Made by a program: the position numbers and the translations under genes. Positions 47,446-60,019 of a DNA stretch of 64,000 nt are shown here, piece by piece (the stretch's first letter is position 1; the number at the start of each line of letters is the position of its first letter). The notes under the pieces are model-generated. The model had not been told where the DNA came from, did not search any database, and was given only the letters and a program-made list of their open reading frames with translations. The stretch comes from Ginglymostoma cirratum (Eukaryota): contig JAHRHZ010000263.1 in assembly GCA_024137785.1 (NCBI GenBank), forward strand, positions 37,136,843 through 37,200,842. Direction: 5' to 3'.

Positions 47446-48820
47446 TCCACAAAGTTAAAACAACAATAGAGCAGCACAGTAACATTAAGTATATAATTAT
47501 TAAAGCTTGCATATTCAACATAATAACATATTAGTGTGAAAATCTGCATTTTAAAGCATGCTTTTAAATTTTATTGTTTGATATATTCAACAGTCTATTA
47601 CTTCATCTGAGCCACCCCTGCTCATGGTCTTGACCAGGAAGGAGCAGATATTAATGACATTCGTATTTGCATTCAGTATTACTAATCGATGTTTCCCTAA
47701 AGATTTATCTTGGCATCATTGGATTGAATGTGCGATGAGCCAAATAAATATCTAACATACCACTGAAGCTTTGAAATGATACAAAATAATATTTATAGCC
47801 TAGAGGATGCAGTTTCACACTACACTGCTTTAAAACAAAATGGATTTAATTCACAAAAGTAAACAACTTGCGTGAATGTGGAGCTTTGCTTATCCCGTTT
47901 CAAGGCTGGACTTTGTGTAGAAAGTGGAGTGTTTCCATACAGCTTAGGATACACTGGCCATTGACATTTCACCCAAGCTCTCCATGTTCATTAGTGACAT
48001 TGGACTCAGTGAGGTTCCTCTCTAGTATGATCCCCATACACACTGTAATAATCTCCCGCCCTCCCTCCCCACAAACACACACTGCTTCCCTAACCCCACT
48101 CCCCCCTAGAAATGCTGGAATTAGTCCCTTTCCCCACACTACACACAGATAATTAGCTCTTTTCCCAACCCACCCCCTCACTCCCAAATACAGTGGCAGA
48201 TCTAGAGGGACGGTGCTCCAACTATGATACCCCCAGTTTGGAAACTACTGGGTTAGGGAGTTGTCTGTCGTTATTCTACAGCCATTGAACTAATTACGGA
48301 ATGAGATTGTGATATCTCTGGACCTCTGGTTCTGCCTTCGTGCAAGTTAAAGTACTCAGTTTTAAAAATCATTAATTGATTAACCTGGCAACAGTTTTTT
48401 GGTCTAACTTGGGCCTATGAGATAGAACTAAATTTATTTTTGGATTTCTCACTCCTCAACAATTGTATCTAGCTCTTTAATAGATTAGTCTGCTTTCCCT
48501 GTGCACTATCATCCCAATTGCTGAGCTCCTCCTCTACCCAATCTGACAGATATTCACCATATCGTATGGGTTCAGTTCTCCTGTAGCAGAATGCCAGCCT
48601 TATCCTTGTATTCCAACCAGATTTTCCTCCGTGAAAACATGATCAACTACGTCATTAAAAACAAGTAATTGAAGATGAATATGTTGTCACACACTACACC
48701 TCGGCTTACCAAGATTGTTAACTTAATTCCTGGCTGTTGGACTGATCGGTTTGAAAGGAACTGTCGGAAATTTGCCTCAAATCCAATTGGATTCAGCAAT
48801 GTTTCAATTAAGACTTGTAA

Positions 48821-49223
48821 GGTAAAGTCACCATAGACTTACTGGGCCACGGGGCTGCTCTCTCATAATAGAGAGAGGTGACTCATTGTGGTTTAACCTG
48901 ACGGTCATCATGCCACAGGTGAAGGGAGAGGTTGAGAAGGAGAGTCTGTTTCGTGGTAACCTCAGCTTGTGGGGCATTTAGGCCATGTGGTTGGCATCAG
49001 TCTGCATAGCAATGCTGCATCACAAGCAACCCCTTTGTAAAGCAGAGTGATGCCAACAGCGTGGGTTCAATTCCTGCTCTGTCTGAGGTTACCATGAGGG
49101 ACTGTCCTTCTCAAATTCTCCCCTCACCTGACCGCATGGTGACCCACAGGTTAAACCACCTCAAATCATCTCTCTCTAATGAGTGAGCCGTCCCATAGTC
49201 CTCAAATTTACCTTTACCTTTAT
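48821..49223. mobile_element. Head-to-head pair of tRNA-derived SINEs (tails outward) inside one 13-bp TSD
   Basis: The left half is the reverse complement of the right half (ggttcaattcc B box, gaggttaccatg, caggttaaaccac, (TTTACC)n tail). It is flanked by ttaagacttg(t/c)aa. Confidence 0.75.
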
Positions 49224-50219
49224 TTAAGACTTGCAAAACTTAACACAATGCAGTGTATGAAAAATAGTTTACAGAACTAAACAGAAAGTATGTCACAGTT
49301 TCTTTTCAAGACAGAAGTGTGTGTCTTGATGAAATGTCTTAGGTCTGTTCTTTGAATCCTGGGATGTTATCCATCACCCCTCCCCTCAGGACTTCTGGAC
49401 TGTAACAGCCTGAATATTAATTTTTTTAAAAAAATTAGAAATCACAACTATACACCGCCTAATCCAATCAAAATGTAACGTACTTACTTCCTTTGTTCCT
49501 GATCATGTTCTGTCCTGCCAGCATTGTAGCTGAGGTTGGTTCTAGATTAAGAACAGGAGTCAGTTTGCTCTCTGCACAATGGCTGATAACTATGACAGTT
49601 TGTTAGTTATAAGTGATATTGTTAAGCTTTTGAGCAAATTAACAGTTTTACAGAATGCACAGTGAAACATAAGCTCATAAACGTGCAAGGATTTGAAACA
49701 AAGTGCATCTATGTGAGGAGAGTCTTGGCCTTTAAAAGCATGGCTTTAAAATGAGTGATTTCACAGAAACTGAAGAAGCACAACAGTCTAGTGTCTACTG
49801 AAACCTGATCTCTAATTGTCAGACTGAAGCCGTTGATGTCTCCAATGTGAAATTAGTTCCAGCAAGGAGTAAAGCCCCTTGTTTAATATCTAAGACTAGT
49901 TTGGAAATAGTCCAAAAGAATGTGGTGACAGCATTGAACAGCCTTTCTGCCTTTTTCGATTCACTGCAACAATCCCATTGTTTGGTAGTTGAGTTTCTTT
50001 CCATCTCTGTTGTCCACTCTATATTTCCTATGATAAATGATGTAATATGCAAAAGACCTTTAATAAATTCGTGATATTTAAGAATTTCTGTCAGGCATAT
50101 GGTGTTCCCCTAACTCAACCAGGGTGAGGGAATCAGCAATGTGATCCTTTTCAAATTAAACCATTTTGTTACTTGACTCTACCCACAGTTTGCTTTCTTT
50201 CACAAAAAATAACAACAAA

Positions 50220-50340
50220 ATACTGTTAATTTGATACTGTAGATTTGAAATAAACAGAAATTGCTAGCAAAACTCAGCTCTGGCAGCACCTGCAGACAGT
50301 GAAACAGAGATAATGTTTCAGATCCAGTTCAAGATTCTTC
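50220..50340 (-). mobile_element. Penelope-like short unit (decayed)
   Basis: aacagaaattgctagcaaaactcagctctggcagcacctgcagacagtgaaacagagataatgtttcag. Confidence 0.6.
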
Positions 50341-50349
50341 GGCATTTTC

Positions 50350-51790
50350 AGTGAATTGGAGCACTCTGCAGTTGGGGTCATACCTGTCACAAAAGAAGAT
50401 GTTGTGATTGCTGAAGGTCAACCTCCTTAGGCTGAGGGCATCTCTGCAAGGGTTCTCCAGGTCGCTGTCCTCAGCCCAAACATCTTCAGCTGCAATATTA
50501 ATGCTCTTTCCTTCAACGTGAGTTCAGAGATTGGGATGTTCATTGATGTGCTCTCTATTCATTAAGAGAATGTGGGCAGTGAGGCTTAGTACATTTATTG
50601 CCTATCCCTAAATGCTCTTGAGAAGATGGTGTTGAGCTGCCTTCATGAGGCTCTGCTGTTTGTGAAGTGTAGGGGCACCCACACAGTTACTGGTGAAGGA
50701 GTTCAAGGTTTTGGATCCAGGAATTAATATATCCTCAAGTCTGGATGGTAAGTGTTTTGGAAGGGAAATTGCAGATGGTAGTATTTGCATGTATCTGCTG
50801 CCCTTGTCCTTCCAGACGGTAGTGGCCATTGCTTTGTAAGATGCTGTCTAAATATCTTTTGTCAATTTCTGCAGTAAATGTTGTAGCTGGTATGTACTGC
50901 TGCTACAGCTGTGGACGGAGTGAATGTTTGTGGATGTGGTGTCGCTCAAAAGGGCTGCTTTGTCTTGGATGGTGCCTGGATGATGTTGAACTTCTTTAGT
51001 GTTGTTCGAGCTGCACTCATCCAGGCAAGACATAACCCGTCACGCTCCTGACTTGTGTTTTATAAATGATGGACAGTCTTTGGGAAATCATGTGATGACT
51101 TACTTGCTGCAAGATTCCTAGCCCGTGACCTACTCTTGTAAACGCAGTATTTATATGGTGAGTCCAGTTGAGTTTCTGATCAATGTTAACCCCTAGGATG
51201 TTGATAGTAGGGGGGAGGATTCATTGATGGTAATGCTGTTCAATATCATGGGGTGAAGCTTCGATTCTGTCTTGTTGGATGTAGTCACAGTTTGGCATTT
51301 GTGTGGTGCACATGTTACTTACCACCTGTCAACCCAAGACTGGATATTGTCCAGGTCTTGCTGCATTTAGGCATGGACTACTTCACTATCTCAGCAGCTG
51401 CAAATTGTGCTGAACATGATGTAGTCATCGGCGAACATTCCCACTTCTGACCATATGATGGAGGGAAGGTCATTGATGAAGCAGCTGAAGATGGTTGGGC
51501 CCAGGACATTACCCTGAGGAACTCCTGCAGAGCTGTGCTGGAGCTGAGATGACTGACTAACAACTAAGAGAACCACCTTCCTTTGTGCCAGTATGACCAC
51601 AGCCAGTGGAGAGTTTTTCCCCAATTCCCATTTCTGCTAGAGCTCCTTGATGTAAACTCTGTAAAATTCAACTCTGATGACAAAGGCAGTCACTCTCACC
51701 TCACCTCTGGAGTTTAGCTTTTTGGTCCATTACGGGACCAAGGTTGTGATGAGGTCAGGAACCAATTGGCCCTGGGGGAGCCCAAACTGT
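50350..51790 (-). mobile_element. CR1-group family B LINE (50555-51790 minus; short plus-strand piece at 50350-50550)
   Basis: SAGVPQGNVLGPTIFSCFINDLPSIIWSEVGMFADD and KAAQHHLLKS. Confidence 0.82.
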
Positions 51791-51794
51791 GAAA

Positions 51795-52257
51795 ACCGGG
51801 AATGGAGGGTTTGAGTTATAAAAATAGGCTGGATAGCCTGGGACTTCTTTCACTTGTGCATGGGAGGCTGAGGGGTGACCTTATGGAGGTTTTTAAAATC
51901 ATGAGGGGCAGAGATAAGGTGAATAGCAAGGGTCTTTTCCCTCAGGTGGGTGAGTTCAAAACTAGGGGGCATATTTTTTAAGGTGAGAGGTGAATGTTTT
52001 AAAAAAGACATGACGGGCATCTGTTTTTACACAGAGAATGGTTCATGTGTACAATGAACTGCCAGAGGAAGTGGTGGATGCAGTACAGTTAGAATATTTA
52101 AAAGACATTTTGATAAGTACATGAATAGGAGAGGTTTGGAGGAAAATGGGCTAAATGCATGCAAGTGGGACTAGTTGAGTTTGGGAACGTGGTTAACATG
52201 GATTAGTCGGACCGAAGGGTCTGTTTCCATGCTATATGGAATGATGCTATGACTCTA
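51795..52257 (+). mobile_element. HER1-like CR1 3' end
   Basis: RLRGDLMEVFKIMRG remnant; ggaccgaagggtctgtttccatgct..ctatgactcta tail. Confidence 0.8.
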
Positions 52258-52914
52258 AGTGTAGTAAAGGTGATAGAGCTGTGTCCTAGTGTAGAAACAA
52301 AATTACAACCTCTGAAAATCTGAAATAGACGTAGAAAATGCTGGAAATACACATTACGTCCGTCAGCTCTCCGAGTGAATACATAGGTTCACATTACAGG
52401 TATATTTTTGTCCCCCCGAACCGTTTTGTTAAAAGTTCAGCAACCATTCATTTTCAATGTTGATGGTCTGGCATTTGTTGTCAGTATTTTCTGCCTTTTT
52501 GATAAAAGTTTTGCAGCAGCCCAGCTACACACCAAGTGAAAAGGAAAATACCACACAACTTGTAGCGATGAGTGCACACTAGAAAACAGGGGCAGCTCGG
52601 CATCACACAAACCGATAATTATCTGTGTGGCTAAGGTGTTTCAGTCCAGCTGCAGAGACTTTCCTGCATGCCAGACAGTCCAAGGTTAACCCCTTGTCTC
52701 CAGGATTAATCATAGAGGCAGTAAAAGGATATTGTGGTTTAATTTTCTCTGAATAGTGGAGGGTAAGTGCTGTTTCACGGTCAGTAGGAGACAGGAAGTC
52801 ATATTGAAACCTCTAAGAACATGTCCAGGCCAGAGCTGAAAACCCAAATCGCCAGTGTGTGGCAGAGAAGTATGTTGTGATGATCCTTTTTAACTTTCAA
52901 AGAAAGGGGAAAAG

Positions 52915-53410
52915 GGGAGGTGATGGTGTAGTGGCCATGTCACTGGACTCGTAGTCCAGGACCCCCAGGCCAACATTTCCGCAAAATGGCTGCTCAGAGA
53001 TCCTGCGTGCACTGCTCAATGTGCCGGCGCATTGATTTCTGCATTCAGAAGTTGCTAACGCACAGAGATCTCGGACATCTGCAAGACACAATAGGAAATT
53101 ATGGGAAGCCTAAGCCTAGCTGGTGTTCTGGAGACATGGGTTCGAATCCAACCCATGGCAGACTGTGGAATTTAAATTCACTTGAAATCTGGAGTAAAAT
53201 GCTAGTCAGATGGGTGACCATGTAACAACCATTGCCAGTTGTGATCTGGCTCCTTCAGGGAAGCAAATCTGCCATCCCCACCTGGTCTGTTTAACGTATG
53301 ATTTCAGACCCACAAACACAATGTGTTTGACTCTTAATTGCCCTGTTGGAAATTAGAGATGGGCAATAATTCCTAGCCAGCAACACCTACATTCCTGAAT
53401 GAATAAAAAT
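52915..53410 (+). mobile_element. tRNA-derived SINE family 2 with an insertion of about 150 bp in its head
   Basis: A box tggtgtagtgg near 52923, B box ggttcgaatcc near 53139, a conserved core and a tgaatgaataaaaa tail. Confidence 0.7.
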
Positions 53411-53462
53411 GAAACTTAATGTCCTTGTGAGCACCATAAAAGAATTTCAGAAGATTTTATTA

Positions 53463-53803
53463 GTGTGGCACAGTGGCTCAGTGGTCAGCCCTGCTGCCTT
53501 ACAGTGCCAGGGACCTGGGTTCAGTTCTAGCCTTGGGTGACTGTCTGTGTGGAGTTTGCACATTCTCCCCGTGGGTTTCCTCCGGGTGCTCCGGTTTTCT
53601 CCCACAGTCCAAAGATGTACAAGCTAGGTTGATTGGCCGTGCTAAATTGCCCAACAGTGTGCAGGCTGAGTGGGTTATCCATGGGAAATGTAGGGTTACA
53701 GGGAGTAGGATAGGGGTTGTATCTGGGAAGGATGCTCTTCAGAGGGTTGGTGTGAACTCAATGAGCCAAATAGCCTGCTTCTACACTTGTATGGATTCTA
53801 TGT
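53463..53803 (+). mobile_element. HE1-type V-SINE
   Basis: gtggcacagtggctcagtgg head, V domain and gattctatg tail. Confidence 0.88.
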
Positions 53804-53864
53804 TTTCACATTTTAAAACTTCTACTGTAACAAACAAGCTAAAAGCGACCTTCATCAAACATTA

Positions 53865-54029
53865 ACTGAAAATGCTGGAAAACCTCAGCAGGAGTTCTGA
53901 GGAAGGGTCACTCAAGCTGAAACGTTAACTCTGATTTCTCTCCACAGATGCTGCCAGACCTGCTAAGCTTTTGCAGAAATTTCTGCTTTTGTTTCTGATT
54001 TACAGCATCCGTCATTCTTTCGGTTTTTA
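53865..54029 (+). mobile_element. Hammerhead-headed Penelope-like unit with a short inverted arm and a perfect 14-bp TSD
   Basis: TSD ttcatcaaacatta at 53851-53864 and 54030-54043. Confidence 0.85.
53892..53931 (+). ncRNA. Minimal type I hammerhead ribozyme motif (stem II partly mutated)
   Basis: GAGUU-CUGAGGA-agggucacucaagcu-GAAA-CG-UU-AACUC has a 5-bp stem I, intact core boxes and a palindromic AACGUU in place of stem III. Confidence 0.6.
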
Positions 54030-55147
54030 TTCATCAAACATTATTTATTTGGTAATTTATGTTCTAAACACTAGAAAAGTGCCATTATTAATCTTTATAA
54101 CTCATCTCTTAATTCCACGTCACATAAATATACACCACAGCTTTCCACAAAATTACAGTCTTTATGGGAAATAGCTGACAGTCACTCTTATCTTCATTAA
54201 CCACTGAGCAGCATTTTCCTTGGTTTTCAGAGAATTCCTGAACTGACGACGTGTAGTACAGTTCCTTCCAGTGGTTTCTTCTCCTGACTTTGCTAGGGAA
54301 GATCCTCTCTGACTTTAGAGTCTCCCACAGGATGTGCCTCTTCGATTGGAAGCTATCTTTCCTCTTGCATTCCACCCTGTAGCTCACTGTAGACCCACTG
54401 ATGACACTTACTGCAGCCTTTTGTCTCTGGGACATGTTTGTCTGTTTCCGTCTAAAAACTGAAAGTCTGTCCACAGTCAGCCCAGCAGCTTCTGCCTTTG
54501 TGAAATAAGGTGTGTTGTTAGGCTGGACTCACAGTAGATCACATGACTTGCTTCAGTCCACTGTTCTACCACACATTAAAGAGACAGACCGAAAACAATA
54601 CCAGGTATAATACCTCTCATTGGTCATAATGTGATTCACGTAGAGCAGGATTTGAGCAGCTTTTCAAGGTTTGCAAAAAGCAAAGCATTCTTGCATGACC
54701 GTGAACATGCCCATGAACTCTGTTCAATGCACCGGGGACTTGTGACTTTATAAGGAAATTGGAAACAGTTTAGATGAAATCGTAAGCATTGGCAAGTATG
54801 TAAATGTGCTTTGCAAAACTATGAAGCAACTGAATTAGTGTCCTCCACACTCCAGAACAAACAGGCCACTAAGACAGCAGAGTCTTTCACAGCTGTGCAT
54901 CTTCAGTACTGTCATCTCTCAGGTCCAACTCCTACCCTGTTGTTAATAACAGGTAGATGTCTGAATCTGTGAAGCAACGGGACGTGGTTTCCATTGTAAA
55001 CATTGCAAAGTTGCAACGTTTGGAATTCACTTCTGTTTCATTTATTCTAATTTCTCTAAATACTAAGTTCCTGTTTATGTAAGATAGATTTTTCTTCCTT
55101 GATGCAGCTGCATATTTACTCCCCTTTCTCACATCAATGGAAACGCA

Positions 55148-55232
55148 AGACACACAAACACACACACAGACACATACAGACACACACACACACTCTCTCT
55201 CTATCTCCCCCCTTCTCTTTCTCTCTCTCTCC
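55148..55232 (+). repeat. Compound imperfect (CA)n(CT)n microsatellite
   Basis: Read directly from the sequence. Confidence 0.85.
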
Positions 55233-55699
55233 ATGAAAGTAGCAGCTCATAAAATTCAAGAGAATTGTAATTTTATGGAAAATCCATGACATTGACCATA
55301 ACATTGGACGGTACTTGGACTACAACAGAAGAAATAAACAGTAGGTACAATATTCACAACTGATTTAATCACTGCAAGCAGGGTTTTTGATAGAATAATT
55401 CGTACTGAAGAAGATCATTTAGCTGTTCAAACATGCACAATGAAATGGATGGACTTTGAATGAGCTAACATATCACCCTCAGGCAGATTTTGCATGCTGA
55501 TTGCATTTATTCTAGCCTCAATTTTAACACAGAGACAATTATGCATTTAGACCAACGAGTCCAGATTTGGCTAGTTCTAATGGATCTTAAGTATGATGTT
55601 TAGCGTTGGTTACTCTACTTCCTATATTGTTGTGTTTCTATGTCTGTTTTAATCAGGAGTCAGTGGAAAATGGTCAAAAGCAACATTTCTTTTTATTAA

Positions 55700-56000
55700 C
55701 CACATACTTAATGCTCTGGAGACTTCAGTTCCGATTCCCACCATCACAATTGGTTGAATTCAATTAATAAAACTCTGCAACTTAGCACAGATCCAGTAGT
55801 GACCATCAAACCACTGTTGTTGTAAAAATTCATCCAGTTCACAGTTCATTCACGGACAGAACATCTGTTGTCCTTATCTGGTTCAGCCTACATGTGGCTC
55901 CAGTCTCACGGGAATGTGGCTGACTCTTCACTTCCCTCTGAAGTGGCCTCGCGAGCCACTCTGTTGTATCTAACCTCCTTAAAAAGTCTGATAAATGAAA
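55700..56000 (+). mobile_element. tRNA-derived SINE family 2 (decayed)
   Basis: taatgctctggagac..gattcccacc..gcctacatgtggctccag..aatgtggctgactctt. Confidence 0.55.
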
Positions 56001-56654
56001 TGAAACCGGATTGGCCAATGCTCACTGCATTAAATTGCTACAGGGCTGCCCGCCAGGATTCTGGTCTGCTTGGCCCATGACTTTTTACCGAGGGAGGCTG
56101 GGCCCTGGCACGCTGTAAAATCTAGCCTATTGTGTTCCAGACTAAAGGAGTAGTGTTATATCACTTGCCAGAGAGAATGAAGAAACTTCAGCTTTATATG
56201 TAAGAATGAAGCAAGGGAACTGATCATTGGGGAATGGGTAGACTCCAAAACCTAGCAAAATATTTATTTACTCACATTTTGTAGCAGAAACTAATGGTAT
56301 TAAATAGAAATGGTAAAGTGCCATGTTTAAATGAAGGTTTTTGGTCTCCTTTCTAAGAGACTGCAGCTCCCCCAACGATTTCCCTTCTTCGGTTGCTGTT
56401 TTAGTTTTGTGAACTCTCTGAGACACATCAACACAGACGAATGAATAGTGATTGAACCATCTCAATCAACCACAGCGCTTTACACAGTCAAAGACCAAGG
56501 CAAACTTTCAAATACAAAACTGCATTTGTCACCTCGACTCTTACAAACGATTAAACTTGTATTTGTAACCTTGCCAAAAATTCAAACTGAAGTATAAACT
56601 AAGCTGCCAGATAAGACAGCAAACGTTTGTCAGTTTTCAGAATGATCTGTTCCA

Positions 56655-57370
56655 GAAATGGAATCGTACAGCAGTAAAACAGAGAAGGCGACCAATTGAC
56701 CCATCAAGTCTGTGACAGCTCTTTGAAAGAGTTACCCCCTCTCCTGCCTCTATTTCCCCATGTCTTTCTCCTTTAATTATTTATCCAATTCCTTATTTGA
56801 TAGTCACTATAGAATGTGCATCCACCTGTCCACCAGGCAAATCATTCCAAAGCCAAACAATTATTACATGAAAACATTTTTCAACTTGTCACATCTGGCC
56901 CTTTTGCCAATCGACTTCACCCAGTACACACTCACTATTCAACCATTAAAAACAGTTTTGCTTTATTTACTCTATCTGATATTTAATGATTTTAAACAGC
57001 TGTATCAAATTTCATCCTCACCTATTCTGCTCTAACTTCTCCAATCTATCCATGAAACACAATCTCTAGTCCCTTGAGCCATTCTAATAAATCACCTCTG
57101 TACATTTTCTATATGTTCTTCCTGAAGTATGATGCCCTGACCTGAGGACAGTCCCTCAGCTAGTGGGTTCTATTGATTCCTGGGTTTCATATAAATGCCT
57201 CCGTGTGTGTATATATATAATGTGTGTACATGAAAGCCCAGGATCCTATGTCTTTAGCAATAACTGTGTTAACCTGTTTTGCCCTCTTCAAAGATTTGCA
57301 AATACACAACGCACAAGTCTCTCTGTTCCTGCACTCCCTTTAACATCGCACCACTTAACTTTGCTGGCCC
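56655..57370 (-). mobile_element. Old CR1 3' fragment
   Basis: ttatccaattcc..aggcaaatcattcca..ccattctaataaatcacctctgtac motifs. Confidence 0.55.
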
Positions 57371-57591
57371 TCTTCAATCTCCCTACCAGAAAACTTCATT
57401 TTCAAGAAGTTTTCATGAAGAAGATAGATATATTTCTTAGGGCTAAAGGGATCAAAAGATGTAGGGTACTAAGTTGGATGATCAGCTATGATCATACTGA
57501 ATGGTGGAGCAGACGAAAGGGCTAGATAACCCACAGCTGCTCCCATATACTGTGTTTCTTTGTTTCTGTTTTACTCCAGTATGTCCTCTCA

Positions 57592-58630
57592 GAGTCATAG
57601 AGTCATACAGCATGGAAACAGACCCTTCAGTCCAACCAGTCCATGCTGACCATAATCCCAAAGTTAACTAGTCCCACCTGCCTGCGCTTAGCCCTTATCC
57701 TTTGAAATATTTCTTACTCATGTACTTATTCAAATGACTTTTAAACGTTGTAGCTGTACCCACATCCACCACTTCCTCTGGAAGTTCATTCCACACATGA
57801 ACCACTCTTTGTGTAAAAAAAAATTGTGCCTCATGTCTTTTTAAAATTTTTCTCCTCTCACCTTAAAAATATACCTCCAGTCTTGAAATCCCCCACCTTA
57901 GGGAAAGGACACCTGCCATTCACCTTATCTACACCCCTCATAATTTTATAAACCTGTACAAGGTCACCCCTTAACTTCGTACACTCCAGTGTAAAAAGTC
58001 CCAGCCTATCCAGCCTCTCCTTATAACTCAAGCCCTCCATTCCCAGCAACATCTTGGTAAATCTCTTTTGAACCCTCTCCAGCTTAATAATATCCTTCCT
58101 ATCACTGGGTGACCAGAACTGGACACAGGACTCCAGAAGAGGCCTCGCCAATGTCCTGCACAGCCTCAACATAACGTCCCAAATCCTATACTCGAAGGTC
58201 TGAGCAATGAAAGCAAGCATGCTAAACGGCTCCTTAACCACCCTATATCTATATGTGACACAAATTTCAAATAATTATTATACCTGAACCCTTAGGCCTG
58301 TCTGTTCTACAACATTACCCAAGGCCCTACTTTTAATTGTGTAAGTCCTGCCTTTGTTTGTTTTACCAAAATGCAATACCTCACATTTATCCAAATTAAA
58401 CTGCACCGCCACCCTTCAGCCCATTGGCCTAATTGATCAAGATCGCTTTGTAATCTTAAATAACCTTCTTCACAGTCCACTGTCCCACCAATTTTGGTGT
58501 CATCTGCAAACTTAGTAACAATGTCTTCTGTATTCTCATCTATGTCATTTATATAAATGACAAACAAAAATGGACCCAGCTCTGATTCCTGTGGAACACC
58601 ATTAATAACATGCTTCCAGTTTGAAAAACT
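57592..58630 (-). mobile_element. HER1-like CR1 LINE (RT C-terminal half and 3'UTR)
   Basis: GVPQESELGPFLFVIYINDID, KFADDTKIGG and LERVQKRFTKML; (ACTCTATG)n tail at 57592-57607. Confidence 0.9.
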
Positions 58631-60019
58631 AACCTCCTGAAATTTCCTCTTGAAATCTTTTACTGTCTCCCTCACTGTTGACCACACTGGATTGATACTA
58701 CATACTATAAATGTACTTGCCATTTCAAGAAAACGCAATACATCCACATAGGCAGGAAACAAAGCACTCTTTCTCCATATTCAGATCTCCCGAGGGAAAG
58801 GTTATTTCTTTACTGTGATGCTGATTATATACAACACAATCGTCATATTTTCAATCAGTTCAAGGCAAACATGTATAAAAATGTAAAAGATCCACCTTTG
58901 TGTGGTGCCTTTGACTCCTCAAGATATTGCAAAGCTGTTCATAGCCAATTAATTGCTTCCTGTAATAAGATCTAAATGTTTTATAGACAAACACATTTGC
59001 CAATCTACAGGCAGTAAGTCAGACAAATTACAAGCAAGAAGCATGGTCAGTTAACTTCTTTAGTAGTGATATTTGGTTTTGGAATGAACATTGTTCAGGA
59101 CACCAAGAGGATTCCTTCTTCCTTTTTGGATTGACTGGATATCTGCAGTTGGTGTGTGAGTTTAGCTTCCAATGAGAAACAAACAATTTCAACTTTTACA
59201 CACGCCATTTGCTAGAAGTATAGCCATTACCATTTACAGTTTCATTTTAGATGGCCTTTGAACCTGCCCAAAACTGACAGGTACCAAACAAATGCCTGAA
59301 AATTAAGATCCTGCCCTTCTTTTATCCACCAGTGCTGACTTCTACAAATTATGGCCAAGAACAATTGAGAAGGTTATTACTAGAGGCTGGCAGCATTAAT
59401 AGATGCTTTTTGCTCAGCCTCCTCACAGCAACAGGGTGGTGCACTCGGAACAGAAACAGGCAGGAGGCTCCCAGCTCTCAGCTGCAGATCGTGTTAGTGG
59501 GATTTTTACATGGTCCTGTCCTTCTAATTCATGGGAAGAGGACCTCCACCCCAGGCACTTTCTGGAAATCTGGAAGGCTTTGTCAGAGTTATCATACAGG
59601 AGTGAGTTAATTCTGTTAGTTAAAATAAGATAGAATATGGCAAGGTGCAAGCTGGCTTGGAATAATTGTTTTCCAGTCTGTATGCACACCCTGTCTCAGG
59701 AATTACCACTTCACATTGTATTAAAACCTCGATAATGGTTTCTGTCTCTCATCCATATTCACTTCAGGCCCATTTTAGGTGCAGTTCATAAACCATGCCC
59801 AGCATCTCTGAAACACAGTGCTTAAACTTCCCCTTCAGTACCAAAACTGGGAGTGTAAATGAGTCCTAAGCAAGGCTTGAAACCACCACTTTTGAAATTT
59901 GAAATACAAGTATTATCACAGGGTCAGGTGGGCACATCAGGCTAGAATTTTTCCAACTAGATTACACTATCAGGATGGCAACCTCAACACAGGCCTCACT
60001 TTACCAGGATAAATAGAGG

